Sequence record: NZ_CP084508.1
Direction: 5' to 3' (one strand)
Source of the DNA: a plasmid
Length of the DNA stretch: 64,000 nucleotides
In this document: positions 1-10,596 of the stretch, piece by piece
How the letters are laid out: every line of letters begins with the position of its first letter
Numbering within the stretch: position 1 is the stretch's first letter
The notes under the pieces: model-generated
What the model saw: only the letters and a program-made list of their open reading frames with translations
The model's database searches: none
Told to the model about the DNA's origin: nothing
Translations under genes and position numbers: made by a program

Positions 1-1360
1 TGGCAGTGACCTGAAAGGTGGTGTGTTTACTGCGTCATATGGCTATGGTCTGGACGGACTGACGCTGCGCACTGGTGGTGTGTTTAACCAGGGCTGGCAG
101 GGAATCAGTGCTGGTGTTGTCCTGGGTCTGGGTTACCTGGGGGCGGTATCTACTGATAGAGCTTATACCTTGGCAAAATACCGTGACGGCAGTCGCAGTG
201 GAAATAAGATGCAGCTCTCATGGAGTAAGCAACTGTCGATTACGAACACCGGGCTGCGGGTAAGTTGGTCACGGCAGAGTGAAGAGTATAAGAGCATATC
301 CTCCTTTAACCCGACGGATTTATGCGGGCAGGGAAACCATGGACGGCGAACCAGGGATGAATGGAGTGCCGGTATCAGTCAGCCGATGGGCAGGGTGTTC
401 AGTTTATCAGTTTCCGGCTGGCAGCGGAGTTATTACCCGGTACAAATGACAGGCCGTTACCGGCACCGTGATGACTACGGTAAGGAGACGGGAGTTACCG
501 GTACCTTGAGCACACAGATTAAAGGGGTTAGCCTGAATTTAGGCTATTTCGGTTCGCGGAACACTCGGGGGGAAAACAACTGGTCTGCATCGGCGTCAAT
601 GTCAGTGCCGTTTACACTGTTTGACCGTCAGTACAGTAGCAGTACGTTGGCGAGCACAAATAAGGACGGCGGTACGGGCTTCAGTACCGGGGTATCCGGC
701 TCACTGAGTGACCGTTTTAGCTATGGCTTTGGCGGTGGTCGTGACAGCGGTTATCTAAATGCCTCGTACAGTGGTGACCGGGCTTATCTGAATGGAGCCC
801 TGAACCACTCGCAGTCCAGCGGAACCAGTGGCTCTGTGTCAGTCAGCGGTTCGGTATTGGCTGTATCGGAGGCGAAAGACGTTATGTTCAGTCGCACGAC
901 CGGTGACACCGTGGCGGTGGTGAATATAAAGGACACGCCGGGCGTGAAGGTGATGTCCAGTGATGGGCAGACCAACAGCGCCGGCAACCTAGTAGTACCG
1001 TTGAACAGCTATGATTGGAATACTGTAACGATTGATGCGAGCACGTTGCCGCTGAGCACCGAACTAACTACTACCAGTCAGAAGGTAGTACCGACGGATA
1101 AAGCGGTGGTCTGGATGCCGTTTAATGCCCTGAAGGTTAAACGTTACCTGCTGCAGGTGAAACAACGTAACGGTGAGTTCGTTCCTGGGGGAACCTGGGC
1201 TCGTGGCAGTAAGAATACCCCGCTGGGCTTCGTAGCCAACAACGGTGTACTGATGATTAATACGGTGGATGTGCCGGGTGACATCACTTTGGGGCAGTGC
1301 CGGCTCCCTGCGACAAAACTGCAGGAGACTGAGAAACTCCAGGAGATTATGTGTGAATAA
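1..1360 (+). CDS. fimbrial outer-membrane usher, C-terminal part (5' end lies upstream of the window)
   Basis: The ORF is open from the window start. The translation has a typical usher C-terminal region (GYGLDGLTLRTGG..., then ...NALKVKRYLLQVKQRNGEFVPGGTWARG). The stop at 1358-1360 overlaps the start of the downstream chaperone gene. Confidence 0.8.
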   Translation, partial: GSDLKGGVFTASYGYGLDGLTLRTGGVFNQGWQGISAGVVLGLGYLGAVSTDRAYTLAKYRDGSRSGNKMQLSWSKQLSITNTGLRVSWSRQSEEYKSISSFNPTDLCGQGNHGRRTRDEWSAGISQPMGRVFSLSVSGWQRSYYPVQMTGRYRHRDDYGKETGVTGTLSTQIKGVSLNLGYFGSRNTRGENNWSASASMSVPFTLFDRQYSSSTLASTNKDGGTGFSTGVSGSLSDRFSYGFGGGRDSGYLNASYSGDRAYLNGALNHSQSSGTSGSVSVSGSVLAVSEAKDVMFSRTTGDTVAVVNIKDTPGVKVMSSDGQTNSAGNLVVPLNSYDWNTVTIDASTLPLSTELTTTSQKVVPTDKAVVWMPFNALKVKRYLLQVKQRNGEFVPGGTWARGSKNTPLGFVANNGVLMINTVDVPGDITLGQCRLPATKLQETEKLQEIMCE

Positions 1361-2144
1361 GCGTAGTGCAGTAGCGAAGTTTTTTACTAACCGGGTGACA
1401 AAAGCGCTGGAGATATCCTTGGCTCTGATGATGGCCTGTCAGAGTGCAATGGCTTCCCTGGCTGCAGACCAGATCCGCTATATCTTTCGCGGGGACAAGG
1501 ACGCACTGACCATCACGGTGACCAACAATGACAAGGAGCGGACCTTCGGTGGACAGGCATGGGTGGATAACATCGTGGAGAAGGACTCCCGCCCGACCTT
1601 TGTGGTGACACCGTCCTTTTTTAAGGTGAAGCCGAATGGTCAGCAGACACTACGTATCATCATAGCTTCGGATCATCTGCCGAAAGATAAGGAGTCGGTG
1701 TACTGGCTGAACCTACAGGATATTCCGCCGGCTCTGGATGGGAGTGGTATTGCGGTGGCACTGCGCACGAAGCTGAAGCTGTTCTACCGACCGAAAGCAC
1801 TGCTTGAAGGTCGCAAAGGGGCTGAAGAGGGTATCAGCCTGCAGAGCCGTCCGGATGGCAAAACCATGCTAGTGAACACCACGCCGTACATTTTTGCCAT
1901 TGGCAGCCTGCTGGATGGAAGCGGAAAGAAAATTGCCACGGACAATGAGGCAGCGCAGAAACTACTGATGTTTATGCCGGGTGATGAGGTGCAGGTGAAG
2001 GGAAATGTGGTGAAAGTGGACTCCCTGAATGACTGGGGAGATCTGCAAACCTGGAACATCAACCAGAAAAAACCGACATATTCCAGGCAGAGGACATCTA
2101 ATACATTAGCTAATGTGTCTGATAGATTAGTAGATAAAAAATAA
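1353..2144 (+). CDS. fimbrial periplasmic chaperone (PapD-like, classical pathway)
   Basis: The N-terminal region reads ...DQIRYIFRGDKDALTITVTNNDKERTFGGQAWVDN..., which is characteristic of PapD/FimC-fold chaperones. A usher-then-chaperone gene order is as in pap-type operons. The GTG start at 1353 overlaps the usher stop; the first ATG is later, around 1429. Confidence 0.75.
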   Translation: MNKRSAVAKFFTNRVTKALEISLALMMACQSAMASLAADQIRYIFRGDKDALTITVTNNDKERTFGGQAWVDNIVEKDSRPTFVVTPSFFKVKPNGQQTLRIIIASDHLPKDKESVYWLNLQDIPPALDGSGIAVALRTKLKLFYRPKALLEGRKGAEEGISLQSRPDGKTMLVNTTPYIFAIGSLLDGSGKKIATDNEAAQKLLMFMPGDEVQVKGNVVKVDSLNDWGDLQTWNINQKKPTYSRQRTSNTLANVSDRLVDKK

Positions 2145-2178
2145 TCACCCTCCGGTATACACAACAGAAGGGGAGTAA

Positions 2179-2700
2179 ATGACGAAAATAGTGATGGTAG
2201 CTGCCCTGACCTTAAGCGTGCTCAGTACTCACCCTGTACTGGCGGCTGAATACAGCGAGAAAATGCAGTACCTAGGAGTGGTGAACGGTCAGGTGGTGGG
2301 TAACAGTGTGTTGAAGGTGACCCGTACACCTAGCGACCCTGTGCTGTACCGGAGTAGATGTGCCCCTCTTCCTGAGAGCCTGACCATCCGCAGAGCAAAG
2401 GCCAGGGCGGCATCCAGTAGTATGGCATATATCACGGTGCAGCAAGCGCTGCCGAATAACGGGGAAGCACGTATCACCCTGAAGATCACCCTGATGGTTG
2501 ACGGAAAAAAAGAGGCATTCACAGCCAGACAACAGGGTGAGGATGTGGTGTTAACCGTGCCGAAGGCACATAGACAGGTTGAGTTAAGAACGGATACTCC
2601 AGCAGAGCTGGAAGTGCCAGTCAGCTACCGGGGAAATCTGCAGATAGCCCTGCAGGTTGAGGATGAAGGACTCACCTTCGACAAAATTGCAAAGCAATAA
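2179..2700 (+). CDS. secreted hypothetical protein inside the fimbrial operon (signal peptide, no recognisable pilin C-terminus)
   Basis: An RBS (GGGGAG) precedes the ATG and the N-terminus has a signal peptide (MTKIVMVAALTLSVLSTHPVLAAE). It is co-oriented and tightly spaced after the chaperone gene. Confidence 0.4.
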   Translation: MTKIVMVAALTLSVLSTHPVLAAEYSEKMQYLGVVNGQVVGNSVLKVTRTPSDPVLYRSRCAPLPESLTIRRAKARAASSSMAYITVQQALPNNGEARITLKITLMVDGKKEAFTARQQGEDVVLTVPKAHRQVELRTDTPAELEVPVSYRGNLQIALQVEDEGLTFDKIAKQ

Positions 2701-2901
2701 TTCCAGAATGGATCTGGCAGGTAAAGGGACTTAAGGGAATACCGTAAAATTATTCTCTGGATAAAAACAAAAAGAAGATTTTAGTGTAGCGCTATAAATA
2801 AGTCGTAAGGGAATAGCTTTGCGGCAATTCCGAAAAACAAGGATTACCGATATATAAGAACATTTCTTCGTCTTCTTATAAAACCGAAAGGAGTTCCTCT
2901 T

Positions 2902-3684
2902 ATGAAAAAGAATTTAATTACACTGACAGTGGCTATTTCCGCAGCAGTATCTGGCTCTGCTATGGCGTGGACTGCAAATAGTCTTGGAGGTTCTGTAGAG
3001 TTTGGTGGGACATTGACACCTGCGGATATAGTGACACCATGGGAGGTTTACATTGGCTCGCCTGTAAATAATATAAATGCAGATATAAAAAAAGGGAGTC
3101 ATCTGGTTGATATTCCTGTTGTTAGTCCTATTCCAATTCTGGGGATTCGTACTACCACATCATCACCAATCAAGGGACAACCGGGAATTTCTCCACAGAT
3201 TGACTTCCAAGGGACAGTAGATATTAGTAAAATAAAAGATAACGAAGCGGTATTTCATGTTGATGTAGTAGATGTTTCGAACTCTAAAGTAATTGGTATG
3301 TTATCCGCCCCGTTACTGGTTGCTGCTGAGTATTCTTACACTGGACGATATGATGGAGCTTATATGATGCATGCGCAAAATGAGGGAGATGCTTTCTTTG
3401 GCGGTTTACCGCCAAAAGAAGGAGGCATTTCTCCTAGCATTCGTTCTCGCATTGAAAACATTAGTCCTGATTTTGTTCGGAAATATAATAACCAAGGATT
3501 CCCTAATCCAAGAAAGGTATCTAACGCCTGGAACTTTGCTGATGGTGATTATTATATCAGTGCTTTTTACGGGGCAGGTATTGAGCAGGGAAAATTAATC
3601 ACCCTCACTCTTGATACCCCTATAACAACATCTGATTCCATTACTTGGAAAGCCTCTCTGCCAATAACTATTTCCTATCGGTAA
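2902..3684 (+). CDS. putative fimbrial minor subunit/adhesin (260 aa, pilin-like C-terminus ...ITISYR)
   Basis: It has a signal peptide (MKKNLITLTVAISAAVSGSAMA). The C-terminal beta-strand shows the pilin-like alternating pattern with a penultimate aromatic residue. An RBS (AAAGGAG) is present and it sits in the operon. Confidence 0.45.
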   Translation: MKKNLITLTVAISAAVSGSAMAWTANSLGGSVEFGGTLTPADIVTPWEVYIGSPVNNINADIKKGSHLVDIPVVSPIPILGIRTTTSSPIKGQPGISPQIDFQGTVDISKIKDNEAVFHVDVVDVSNSKVIGMLSAPLLVAAEYSYTGRYDGAYMMHAQNEGDAFFGGLPPKEGGISPSIRSRIENISPDFVRKYNNQGFPNPRKVSNAWNFADGDYYISAFYGAGIEQGKLITLTLDTPITTSDSITWKASLPITISYR

Positions 3685-3885
3685 TCTGTCTGTTAGATAT
3701 AGAAGAGTAAAGCGTAGCTCTGCAGGAGGCATTCATAACCGACATGCAATAAGTTTTTCCATATAAAAAACTTATTGCATGTCGGTTATAATTTACTTTC
3801 GATATTATAATCGGAATACATTCTCAGGTCTTGGTTTGCTTTTATTTTCTACATTTCATTTACACACCTGGATAAAATAGAGTGA

Positions 3886-4689
3886 ATGCTGATGAAAGTA
3901 ACGCGCCGTTATAAATACCATCTCTCCGCTCTGATAACAGTCGCTCTGTTTTCTTCGGCCGCACCTCACGCAGATATTCTTGACGGTGGAGAAATTCAGT
4001 TCAACGGACTCGTTACTGACGAAGCGCAGAAATGGTCCTGGCAAATAAGTACGCCTGGTCAGACCTGGGCAGTGGACATGGCCGATGCTCGAACGGAGAA
4101 CGGGCAGTTGGTTTTTGATTTGCGTGATAAAGGCACCTTATCGTTTCTGGAAGGCCATCTGCATGAGGTGGCAGAGCGCGGCGGCCCCGGATTCATGCCA
4201 TTTATTACCTTCGGCAACAGTGGGCAACCTTTTACCGTAACGGAGGGTGGTGATACCTCGGCACAACGTTTTCGCGCCTTTGTCCCAGTACGAGACCCGG
4301 AAACGGGGAGCGTATCGGGGCAGCTTTTTTTCACCCTGAATCAGGGGATAGCGGTCAGTGCTGGCAGACAGGAAGACGGAGCCCCTGTTCCAGCTGGCAT
4401 GTCACTGGTCAGTGGACAGAGTGTAACGGAGGTGCAGTCAAACAATCTATCACAGAAGCTGAAATCTCGACTCTCTTCCTTATTGCTGATGAATCAGAAT
4501 TTCGGAAGTGGCATGAGTGCATTGGATAACGGTCTGGTTATCAGTCAGGGGGTACTGGCTGACGGTCGTGTAAAGAACCTGGCTGCATCGTATGCCTCTG
4601 CGGTGTCTGATTTTGAGCTGCGTTTGTCAGCTGAAGACACACCGGCAGCGTGGCAGGCAGGGCTGAATGTGACGGTCACTGTACAATAA
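3886..4689 (+). CDS. putative fimbrial minor subunit/adhesin paralog (267 aa, C-terminus ...NVTVTVQ)
   Basis: It has a signal peptide and a pilin-like C-terminal strand. It is tandem with its neighbours. The start may be the ATG at 3892. Confidence 0.4.
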   Translation: MLMKVTRRYKYHLSALITVALFSSAAPHADILDGGEIQFNGLVTDEAQKWSWQISTPGQTWAVDMADARTENGQLVFDLRDKGTLSFLEGHLHEVAERGGPGFMPFITFGNSGQPFTVTEGGDTSAQRFRAFVPVRDPETGSVSGQLFFTLNQGIAVSAGRQEDGAPVPAGMSLVSGQSVTEVQSNNLSQKLKSRLSSLLLMNQNFGSGMSALDNGLVISQGVLADGRVKNLAASYASAVSDFELRLSAEDTPAAWQAGLNVTVTVQ

Positions 4690-4715
4690 TGGACGCAAGG
4701 ATATAAGAAAGAGAA

Positions 4716-5480
4716 ATGAAAAAGGTGACGTTGTTTCTGTTCGCTTTCAGCCTCCAACCTTCCTGTGTACTGGCTTGGAATACACCGGGAGAGAATTTCA
4801 GTGGAGAGCTTAAGCTGGAAGGTCCGGTGACCAACACACGTAATCCGTGGGTGTGGAAAGTCGGGCCGGGAAATGAACGTCTGGAGGTTAAGCCAAAAGG
4901 AGACACTCATAACAAGGCGCAGAGGATGCCTGTTTCTCTGCCAGCAATGACGATATTGCTGGGAAAAACCACATTGACCACACCGACAAGGCATGAGGGA
5001 TGCTCCCCCAAAGTAATCTATGGGAAGGAGGTAGAAGATTTTTCCCTTACATGGCTCGGAACAGGGATAGCCGAAGTAACGCTTCCCGTAAGCGGTAACA
5101 ACAGTCTCCGGGTGGGGACATTTGTTTTCAGGATGCAGGTGGCGGCGGTTCTGCGGCACAGACAGGACGGGCAGGATATATACGCCAGTGTACATAATGA
5201 CCTGAATACGAATGGTCTTCCTGGAGAGGGGCGAACCATGCAAGCAGGTAACGTCCCGAGTGTGCTGCAAATGATGTTCAACGGGGAAGGCCCAAACTGG
5301 CTGCAGGACATGGTGGTGACCGATACAATAGGCCTGAGCCGTTACAACGATGCTTCTCTGCGCCAGGTGGAGGGAGTTTACGGTACCCAGATAGTGGCTG
5401 ACAGCGGTGAGTTACGTCTGTTCGGGGCGGTACCGGATCGCTGGCTGGCATCACTACCAATAAGTATTGAATATCAATAG
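4716..5480 (+). CDS. putative fimbrial minor subunit/adhesin paralog (254 aa, C-terminus ...PISIEYQ)
   Basis: It has a signal peptide (MKKVTLFLFAFSLQPSCVLA). Its C-terminal motif W-x-A-S-L-P-I-S-I-x-Y-Q parallels that of the ORF at 2902-3684. Confidence 0.4.
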   Translation: MKKVTLFLFAFSLQPSCVLAWNTPGENFSGELKLEGPVTNTRNPWVWKVGPGNERLEVKPKGDTHNKAQRMPVSLPAMTILLGKTTLTTPTRHEGCSPKVIYGKEVEDFSLTWLGTGIAEVTLPVSGNNSLRVGTFVFRMQVAAVLRHRQDGQDIYASVHNDLNTNGLPGEGRTMQAGNVPSVLQMMFNGEGPNWLQDMVVTDTIGLSRYNDASLRQVEGVYGTQIVADSGELRLFGAVPDRWLASLPISIEYQ

Positions 5481-5596
5481 AAAGGGGACTGTCCTGAATA
5501 TTATTCATCATCTGAAGTCCGGTATGTTTCCAGCACTATTTATCTGACCCCGGCCAGCACACAAACTGAGCCCCTAGTTATACCGTCCGGACATTA

Positions 5597-6175
5597 GTGG
5601 AGAATACTATGCATCGTCGAAAACGCATACTGCTGATCGGTAACTGTGAATATGAGCTGCTGGGGTTGTCCCATCTACTGGTTTGTATGGGGTATGCTGT
5701 GGTGCGGCGGCCAAATGTGTCGCTTGGCAGGAAGGGGTATGACCTTACTCTAGTGGCACTAAGTGCGGAACTTCTGGCTGGCTGGGGGCGGCATTTACAG
5801 AGGGTCAGAAAGCTGTACGCAGCCAATCCTGTCCCAATGGTTTTGCTGGTTCCTTCCCGTCTGAAGGGCATGACGCTTCTGAGGGGAACGGCTCAGGTTA
5901 TCAATGGTCGTTACAACCTGAGTAAATTACGTACCATGTTACAACAGGCGTTTAAGGGGGCGTCAGACCCTGAACCTGCAGGAGAACTGACATGTCATCA
6001 GAAGAAGGCGCTGATGTCCTTGCGCATGGCGATAAATTGTAATGCCTCGCAGGAAGTAACGCCACATAAAGATTATTACCTCCGTTCTAGATTGGTAGAG
6101 CATGTTGGGGTGAAAAATCTACATGTGCTATGCGTGAGTGGTCTGTTATCTGAAGTGAACTGTTGGCAGGAGTGA
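5597..6175 (+). CDS. LuxR/FixJ-type regulator with degenerate (Asp-less) receiver-like N-terminus (FimZ/EcpR-like)
   Basis: The C-terminus (LTCHQKKALMSLRMAINCNASQEVTPHKDYYLRSRLVEHVGVKNLHVL) fits the GerE/LuxR HTH spacing pattern. The N-terminal RILLIGNCEYELLGL resembles a receiver strand but lacks the acidic pocket. The annotated start at 5597 is a GTG; the first ATG is at 5609. Confidence 0.4.
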   Translation: MENTMHRRKRILLIGNCEYELLGLSHLLVCMGYAVVRRPNVSLGRKGYDLTLVALSAELLAGWGRHLQRVRKLYAANPVPMVLLVPSRLKGMTLLRGTAQVINGRYNLSKLRTMLQQAFKGASDPEPAGELTCHQKKALMSLRMAINCNASQEVTPHKDYYLRSRLVEHVGVKNLHVLCVSGLLSEVNCWQE

Positions 6176-6306
6176 AAACCGATTATTATTGGTGAAATTA
6201 TTTTTCATCAGCATAGCGTTACGGTTATTTCTGTGAGTACGGATTTAGAATATACCGATGAACGGGTGACATCACTGAATTTTCCATTTTTAAAAGGAGT
6301 AGAATT

Positions 6307-8451
6307 TTGTTAGTCACTAATCGACGTCAGTTTATTAAGCTTGTTGTACAAACTATAGGGTCAGTATTTGCAATGGACTCATTATTTAGCAATATTCGAC
6401 TGGCTATAGCGAGCGAACCATCCATCGATGATGAATTCCTGTGGCTGGAAGATCTGCAGAGCAAAAGATCTCTGCAATGGGTACAGAAGGAAAATCAGCG
6501 CACTATGGCGCGTTTCACCCGGAGTAAAGAATTTTTGCGTGTTGAGCGAGAAATTCTGGACATACTCAATAAAGACACATTGATCCCCTGGGTGAGTAAA
6601 TATGGAAATTACTATTACAATTTTCGGCAAGGGCAGGACAATCCACAAGGGGTGCTAAGGCGTACAGTTCTGGTCGAGTATCGCAAGGCCGAGCCAGTTT
6701 GGGAGACGGTGTTGGATTTTGATGCGTTAGGAAAAGCGGAGGACAAGATGTGGGTTTATCAGGGTATGCAACCTTTGGCACCGGAATACCGATATTGCCT
6801 GATATACCTGTCGCCAGATGGTGGTGATGCCACCGAAATTCGCGAGTTCGATCTGGTGGCCAAATGTTTCGTAAAAGATGGCTTCAATGTACCTGTGGCG
6901 AAAAGCCGGGTATCATGGGTTGATCAGGATACATTGTTTATAGCTACCGATTTTGGCCCCGACTCAATGACTCGCTCTGGCTACATGCGCATAGTTAAAC
7001 GCTGGCGGCGTGGTAAGCCACTGAGCATTGCTGAAACGTTGTATGAAGCACGGCCTGAAGACGTGGAGGCCTTTGCTTATCACGATTACACACCTGGCTT
7101 TGAGCGTGATTTTGTCTGTCGAATAATAGACTTATATCACTGTGACTATTTTTGGCTGACTCAGGATGAGCAGCTTATTAAAATCGATATCCCGGCTGAT
7201 GCTGAACTGAGTACGCATCGGGAATGGATGTTAATCATGCTGAACAGCGACTGGGTAGTAGGCGGTAGGATCTATCCGTCTGGTGCACTGTTGGCAACTA
7301 ATTTCGACGATTATCTGGCGGGTAAGCGCGAATTACAGTTGCTGTTCACCCCCACTGTAGAGTGTGTGTTAAGCGGCTACAGCAAAACCCGCGATTATCT
7401 GATCCTCAGCATCATGGATAACGTAATCAATCGATTGGAGGTATTGATCCCGCAGAAAGGCTGCTGGCAGCATCACCCTCTGAGTAGTCCCGGTTCCATA
7501 TGCACTATTTCCGCTGACGGCATTGATGAAGAAAGTAACGACTATTTCCTGACCACCAGTGGATTTCTACAACCAACCTCGTTGTACATAGGTAACCTCG
7601 ATGGTGGTGAAGCCACATTACTGAAACAAGAGCCGCAGAATTTTGACGTCACGGCCTACCAAGTTAGCCAGCATTTCGCTCGCTCAAGAGACGGTACTCG
7701 TGTGCCATATTTCCAAATTGCTGCCAACGATCTCAAACTGAACGGTAGTACGCCGACTCAACTATATGGTTACGGCGGTTTTGCCGAGTCGCTACTGCCA
7801 GGATATCTGAATGACGAGGCTCCGGCCTGGTTGGAGCGCGGAGGAGTGTATGTCGTGGCTAACATTCGTGGTGGTGGCGAATATGGCCCTGCATGGCACA
7901 AAGCGGCGCTCAGACAAAATCGACATCGAGCTTATGAAGATTTTGTAGCCGTGGCTGAAGACCTGATTGCGCGCAAAGTAACCTCTACGCCACATTTGGG
8001 CATACGCGGTGAGAGTAACGGAGGCTTATTGGTAGGCAATATGTTAACGCTGTATCCGCAGTTATTCGGGTGCATTGTCTGTGGAATGCCTTTGCTGGAT
8101 ATGCAGCGTTATACTCAGCTTTCCGCTGGAGCGTCATGGATCGCAGAGTTTGGTGATCCGGACAAGCCTGAGCAGTGGGCCTATATCAAAACGTTTTCCC
8201 CATATCATAATATTAAAGCGCGAACGGCCTACCCACCGGTGTTATTTTATACAGCCACCAGTGATGACCGTGTTAACCCGGCTCATGCACGCAAAATGGC
8301 GGCGCGTATGCAGGCGATGGGGTATCAGCAGGTATACTTTTATGAGAATATTAAAGGAGGTGGGCACAGTTCTGCCGCGGACAAACAGCAAACGGCCTTT
8401 ATCAGTGCGATGGTGAGCGAGTTCATGTGGTCCAACTTGAATAACAAGTAG
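6307..8451 (+). CDS. S9-family prolyl oligopeptidase-like serine peptidase with twin-arginine (Tat) signal
   Basis: The start is TTG, preceded by AAGGAG. The N-terminus (NRRQFIKL) is a Tat motif. The nucleophile motif GESNGG lies near 8006-8023 and the C-terminus carries a ...GGGHS... His motif. The 714-aa length is typical of the prolyl oligopeptidase family. Confidence 0.8.
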   Translation: MLVTNRRQFIKLVVQTIGSVFAMDSLFSNIRLAIASEPSIDDEFLWLEDLQSKRSLQWVQKENQRTMARFTRSKEFLRVEREILDILNKDTLIPWVSKYGNYYYNFRQGQDNPQGVLRRTVLVEYRKAEPVWETVLDFDALGKAEDKMWVYQGMQPLAPEYRYCLIYLSPDGGDATEIREFDLVAKCFVKDGFNVPVAKSRVSWVDQDTLFIATDFGPDSMTRSGYMRIVKRWRRGKPLSIAETLYEARPEDVEAFAYHDYTPGFERDFVCRIIDLYHCDYFWLTQDEQLIKIDIPADAELSTHREWMLIMLNSDWVVGGRIYPSGALLATNFDDYLAGKRELQLLFTPTVECVLSGYSKTRDYLILSIMDNVINRLEVLIPQKGCWQHHPLSSPGSICTISADGIDEESNDYFLTTSGFLQPTSLYIGNLDGGEATLLKQEPQNFDVTAYQVSQHFARSRDGTRVPYFQIAANDLKLNGSTPTQLYGYGGFAESLLPGYLNDEAPAWLERGGVYVVANIRGGGEYGPAWHKAALRQNRHRAYEDFVAVAEDLIARKVTSTPHLGIRGESNGGLLVGNMLTLYPQLFGCIVCGMPLLDMQRYTQLSAGASWIAEFGDPDKPEQWAYIKTFSPYHNIKARTAYPPVLFYTATSDDRVNPAHARKMAARMQAMGYQQVYFYENIKGGGHSSAADKQQTAFISAMVSEFMWSNLNNK

Positions 8452-8539
8452 AATAATATACATCGACAGGAATTTAAACCGTAAAAACATTATTTCCTTA
8501 CAGGAGTCAGCCAATTCAAGACTCCTGAGCAACAAGCCG

Positions 8540-9230
8540 TATTGGCACTTCACCGGAGTCGTCAGAGTTTCATCAAACAACGGACCGCTCAGGCGAATCA
8601 AATACGGGGGCTATTGGCTGAATTTGGCATCGTTGTATCCCGGGGGATCCAGCAGTTACAACTACAGTTACCTGAGATCCTGGAAGATGCCAATAACTCA
8701 TTACCATATCTATTTCGTGTACAACTGAATCTGTTACAGCACCATATGACATATCTGTTCGATGTCATCGCTACGCTCGACAAGCAGATTGAGCAGTGCT
8801 ACCGCGCAAAATGCGCTATGTCAGCGTATCAGTATCAGCAAGATCCCAGGCATTGGCCCAGTCACCGCCACCGCACTCATTGCGACTATCGGCAACGCCA
8901 GCAATTTCGAAAATAGCCGGCAGTTGGCTGCCTGGTTAGGCCTGGTTCCACGTCAGCATTCAAGTGGTGACAAACAAGTCTTGCTCGGGATAAGCAAACG
9001 AGGTGATGTTTATTTATGAACCTTACTTATTCACGGAGCCAGGGCTGTGTTGCAGTCGGTCAAACGTAAACAGGATGCTGTATCGGGATGGGCCAGTCGG
9101 CTACTGGCACGCCGAAATAACAACATTGCCTCAGTAGCATTGGCTAATAAGAATGCGCGGATTGTGTGGGCACTATTGTCAAAAGACCAGGAATACTGTG
9201 CAGCAGTGATAAACGTTTAATTATCTGAGT
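8540..9230 (+). pseudogene. IS110-family transposase, 5'-truncated and frameshifted (middle plus C-terminal thirds read in three frames)
   Basis: Segments ALHRSRQSFIKQ...LLAEFGIVVSRG, then GIGPVTATALIATIGNASNFENSRQLAAWLGLVPRQHSSGDKQVLLGISKRGD, then ...LLIHGARAVLQSVKRKQDAVSGWASRLLARRNNNIASVALANKNARIVWALL lie in successive frames. Each is a hallmark IS110-family motif. Confidence 0.7.
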
Positions 9231-9482
9231 CAATAAGACAGAAACAACACCACCGATTGTTCAGGCAAGCATGACGTGATGACAGGACAGGTCAGACCGT
9301 GATGGGGAAAACCCGGTTTATTCAAGGCTACTGAAAGAGCGCTTTGTTGATAGAGGTCTCCATCAGCGTATTCCATCAGGGACAGAGGAGTTTCACATCA
9401 CCTCGGCAAAGTCCGGATCTATGGCTGCAATTGATGACCTGCAAATCCACCACAACATGTTTAGCTTGGCAAACCGGAGGCG

Positions 9483-10511
9483 ACCATCTATGAATAAATC
9501 TAACTTTTAGGTGATTGGCGGATCTGATCGCTACAGTTTCTTCCGCATCGGATCCCCATGGCAAAGCAAAAGTTTAAAATCACCAACTGCTCAGCCTACA
9601 ACAAGGCACTCAGGCAGCGTGGTTCACTGACGATCTGGCTTGATGAATCAGCTATTGCTGCATGGACTGACAGTGCACAGCCTGAAGGTCGTGGCCGACC
9701 TCTGTACTACACCGATATGGCGATCACCACGGTTCTGATGATAAAGCGCGTGTTCAATCTGCCGCTCCGGGCATTACAGGGCTTCATTGACTCGATTTTT
9801 ACCCTTATGGTTTTGCCGCTGCGCAGCCCGGACTACTCTCTGGTCAGCAAACGTGCAAAGAGCATCAACATCAGCATAAAGACGCCAACCCGGGGAGAAA
9901 TCTCGCATCTGGTTATCGATGCTACTGGCCTGAAGGTCTTCGGCAAAGGGGTATGGAAAGTCAGGCAACATGGAGCTGACAGGCGCAGAGTATGGCGCAA
10001 ACTTCATCTGGCTGCAGACGGTGCGACGCATGAGATAATCTGTGCCGATTTATCGCTCAGCGGTACGACAGATGCGCAGGCACTTAACCAGACCCACAGA
10101 AAAATAAAGAAGGCTTCAGCAGATGGTGCTTATGACACGCGCTACTGTCATGATGCGTTGCTGAGGAAAAAAATCAGGCAACTTATCCCTCCACGAAACG
10201 GGGCGCAATACTGACCGGGCAGGTACCATGAACGTAACCATGCGGTGGCTAATCAGCATCTGAGCGGTAGTAATGACGAAAGTAGGCTACCATCGACGTT
10301 CCGTGGCAAAAACGGCGATGTTCCGTATCAAAACCTTGCTGGGCGGACACTTGAGCCTGCGAGACTACGACGCACAGGTGGGCGAAGCGATGGCGATGGT
10401 CAAAGCGCTAAACCGGATGACGTTGTTGGGTATGCCGCATAGTGTCCGGATCGCATAACGGGTGTACTGCTGCCCCCCCCTCTTCGGCTGACTCTGATTT
10501 ATTCAACAAAG
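9483..10511 (+). mobile_element. IS903-group (IS5 family) element, divergent copy 1, transposase frameshifted
   Basis: The right end is a perfect IS903 terminal repeat (GATTTATTCAACAAAGCC at 10494-10511) and the left end is a partial repeat (..TGAATAAATC at about 9491-9500). The transposase reads MAKQKFKITNCSAYNKALRQRGSLTIWLD... from 9558-10214 and continues in other frames at 10245-10458 (..SVAKTAMFRIKTLLGGHLSLRDYDAQVGEAMAMVKALNRM..). Confidence 0.75.
9558..10458 (+). pseudogene. IS903-like transposase, frameshifted
   Basis: The N-terminal 218 aa are in one frame and the C-terminal ~70 aa are in a second frame. Full-length IS903 Tnp is about 307 aa. Confidence 0.7.
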
Positions 10512-10572
10512 CCACGAACGTAACATCCAAAATCACTAAACATTCAAGTATTCGTAAACAAGCACAACATAT

Positions 10573-10596
10573 TTCGCTTTTTTACAAAAAAGCGAA
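10573..10596. repeat. perfect 11+11 inverted repeat TTCGCTTTTTT-AC-AAAAAAGCGAA in the AT-rich region upstream of the class-5 fimbrial operon
   Basis: This was read directly from the sequence. It could act as a bidirectional hairpin, terminator or binding site. Confidence 0.5.
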
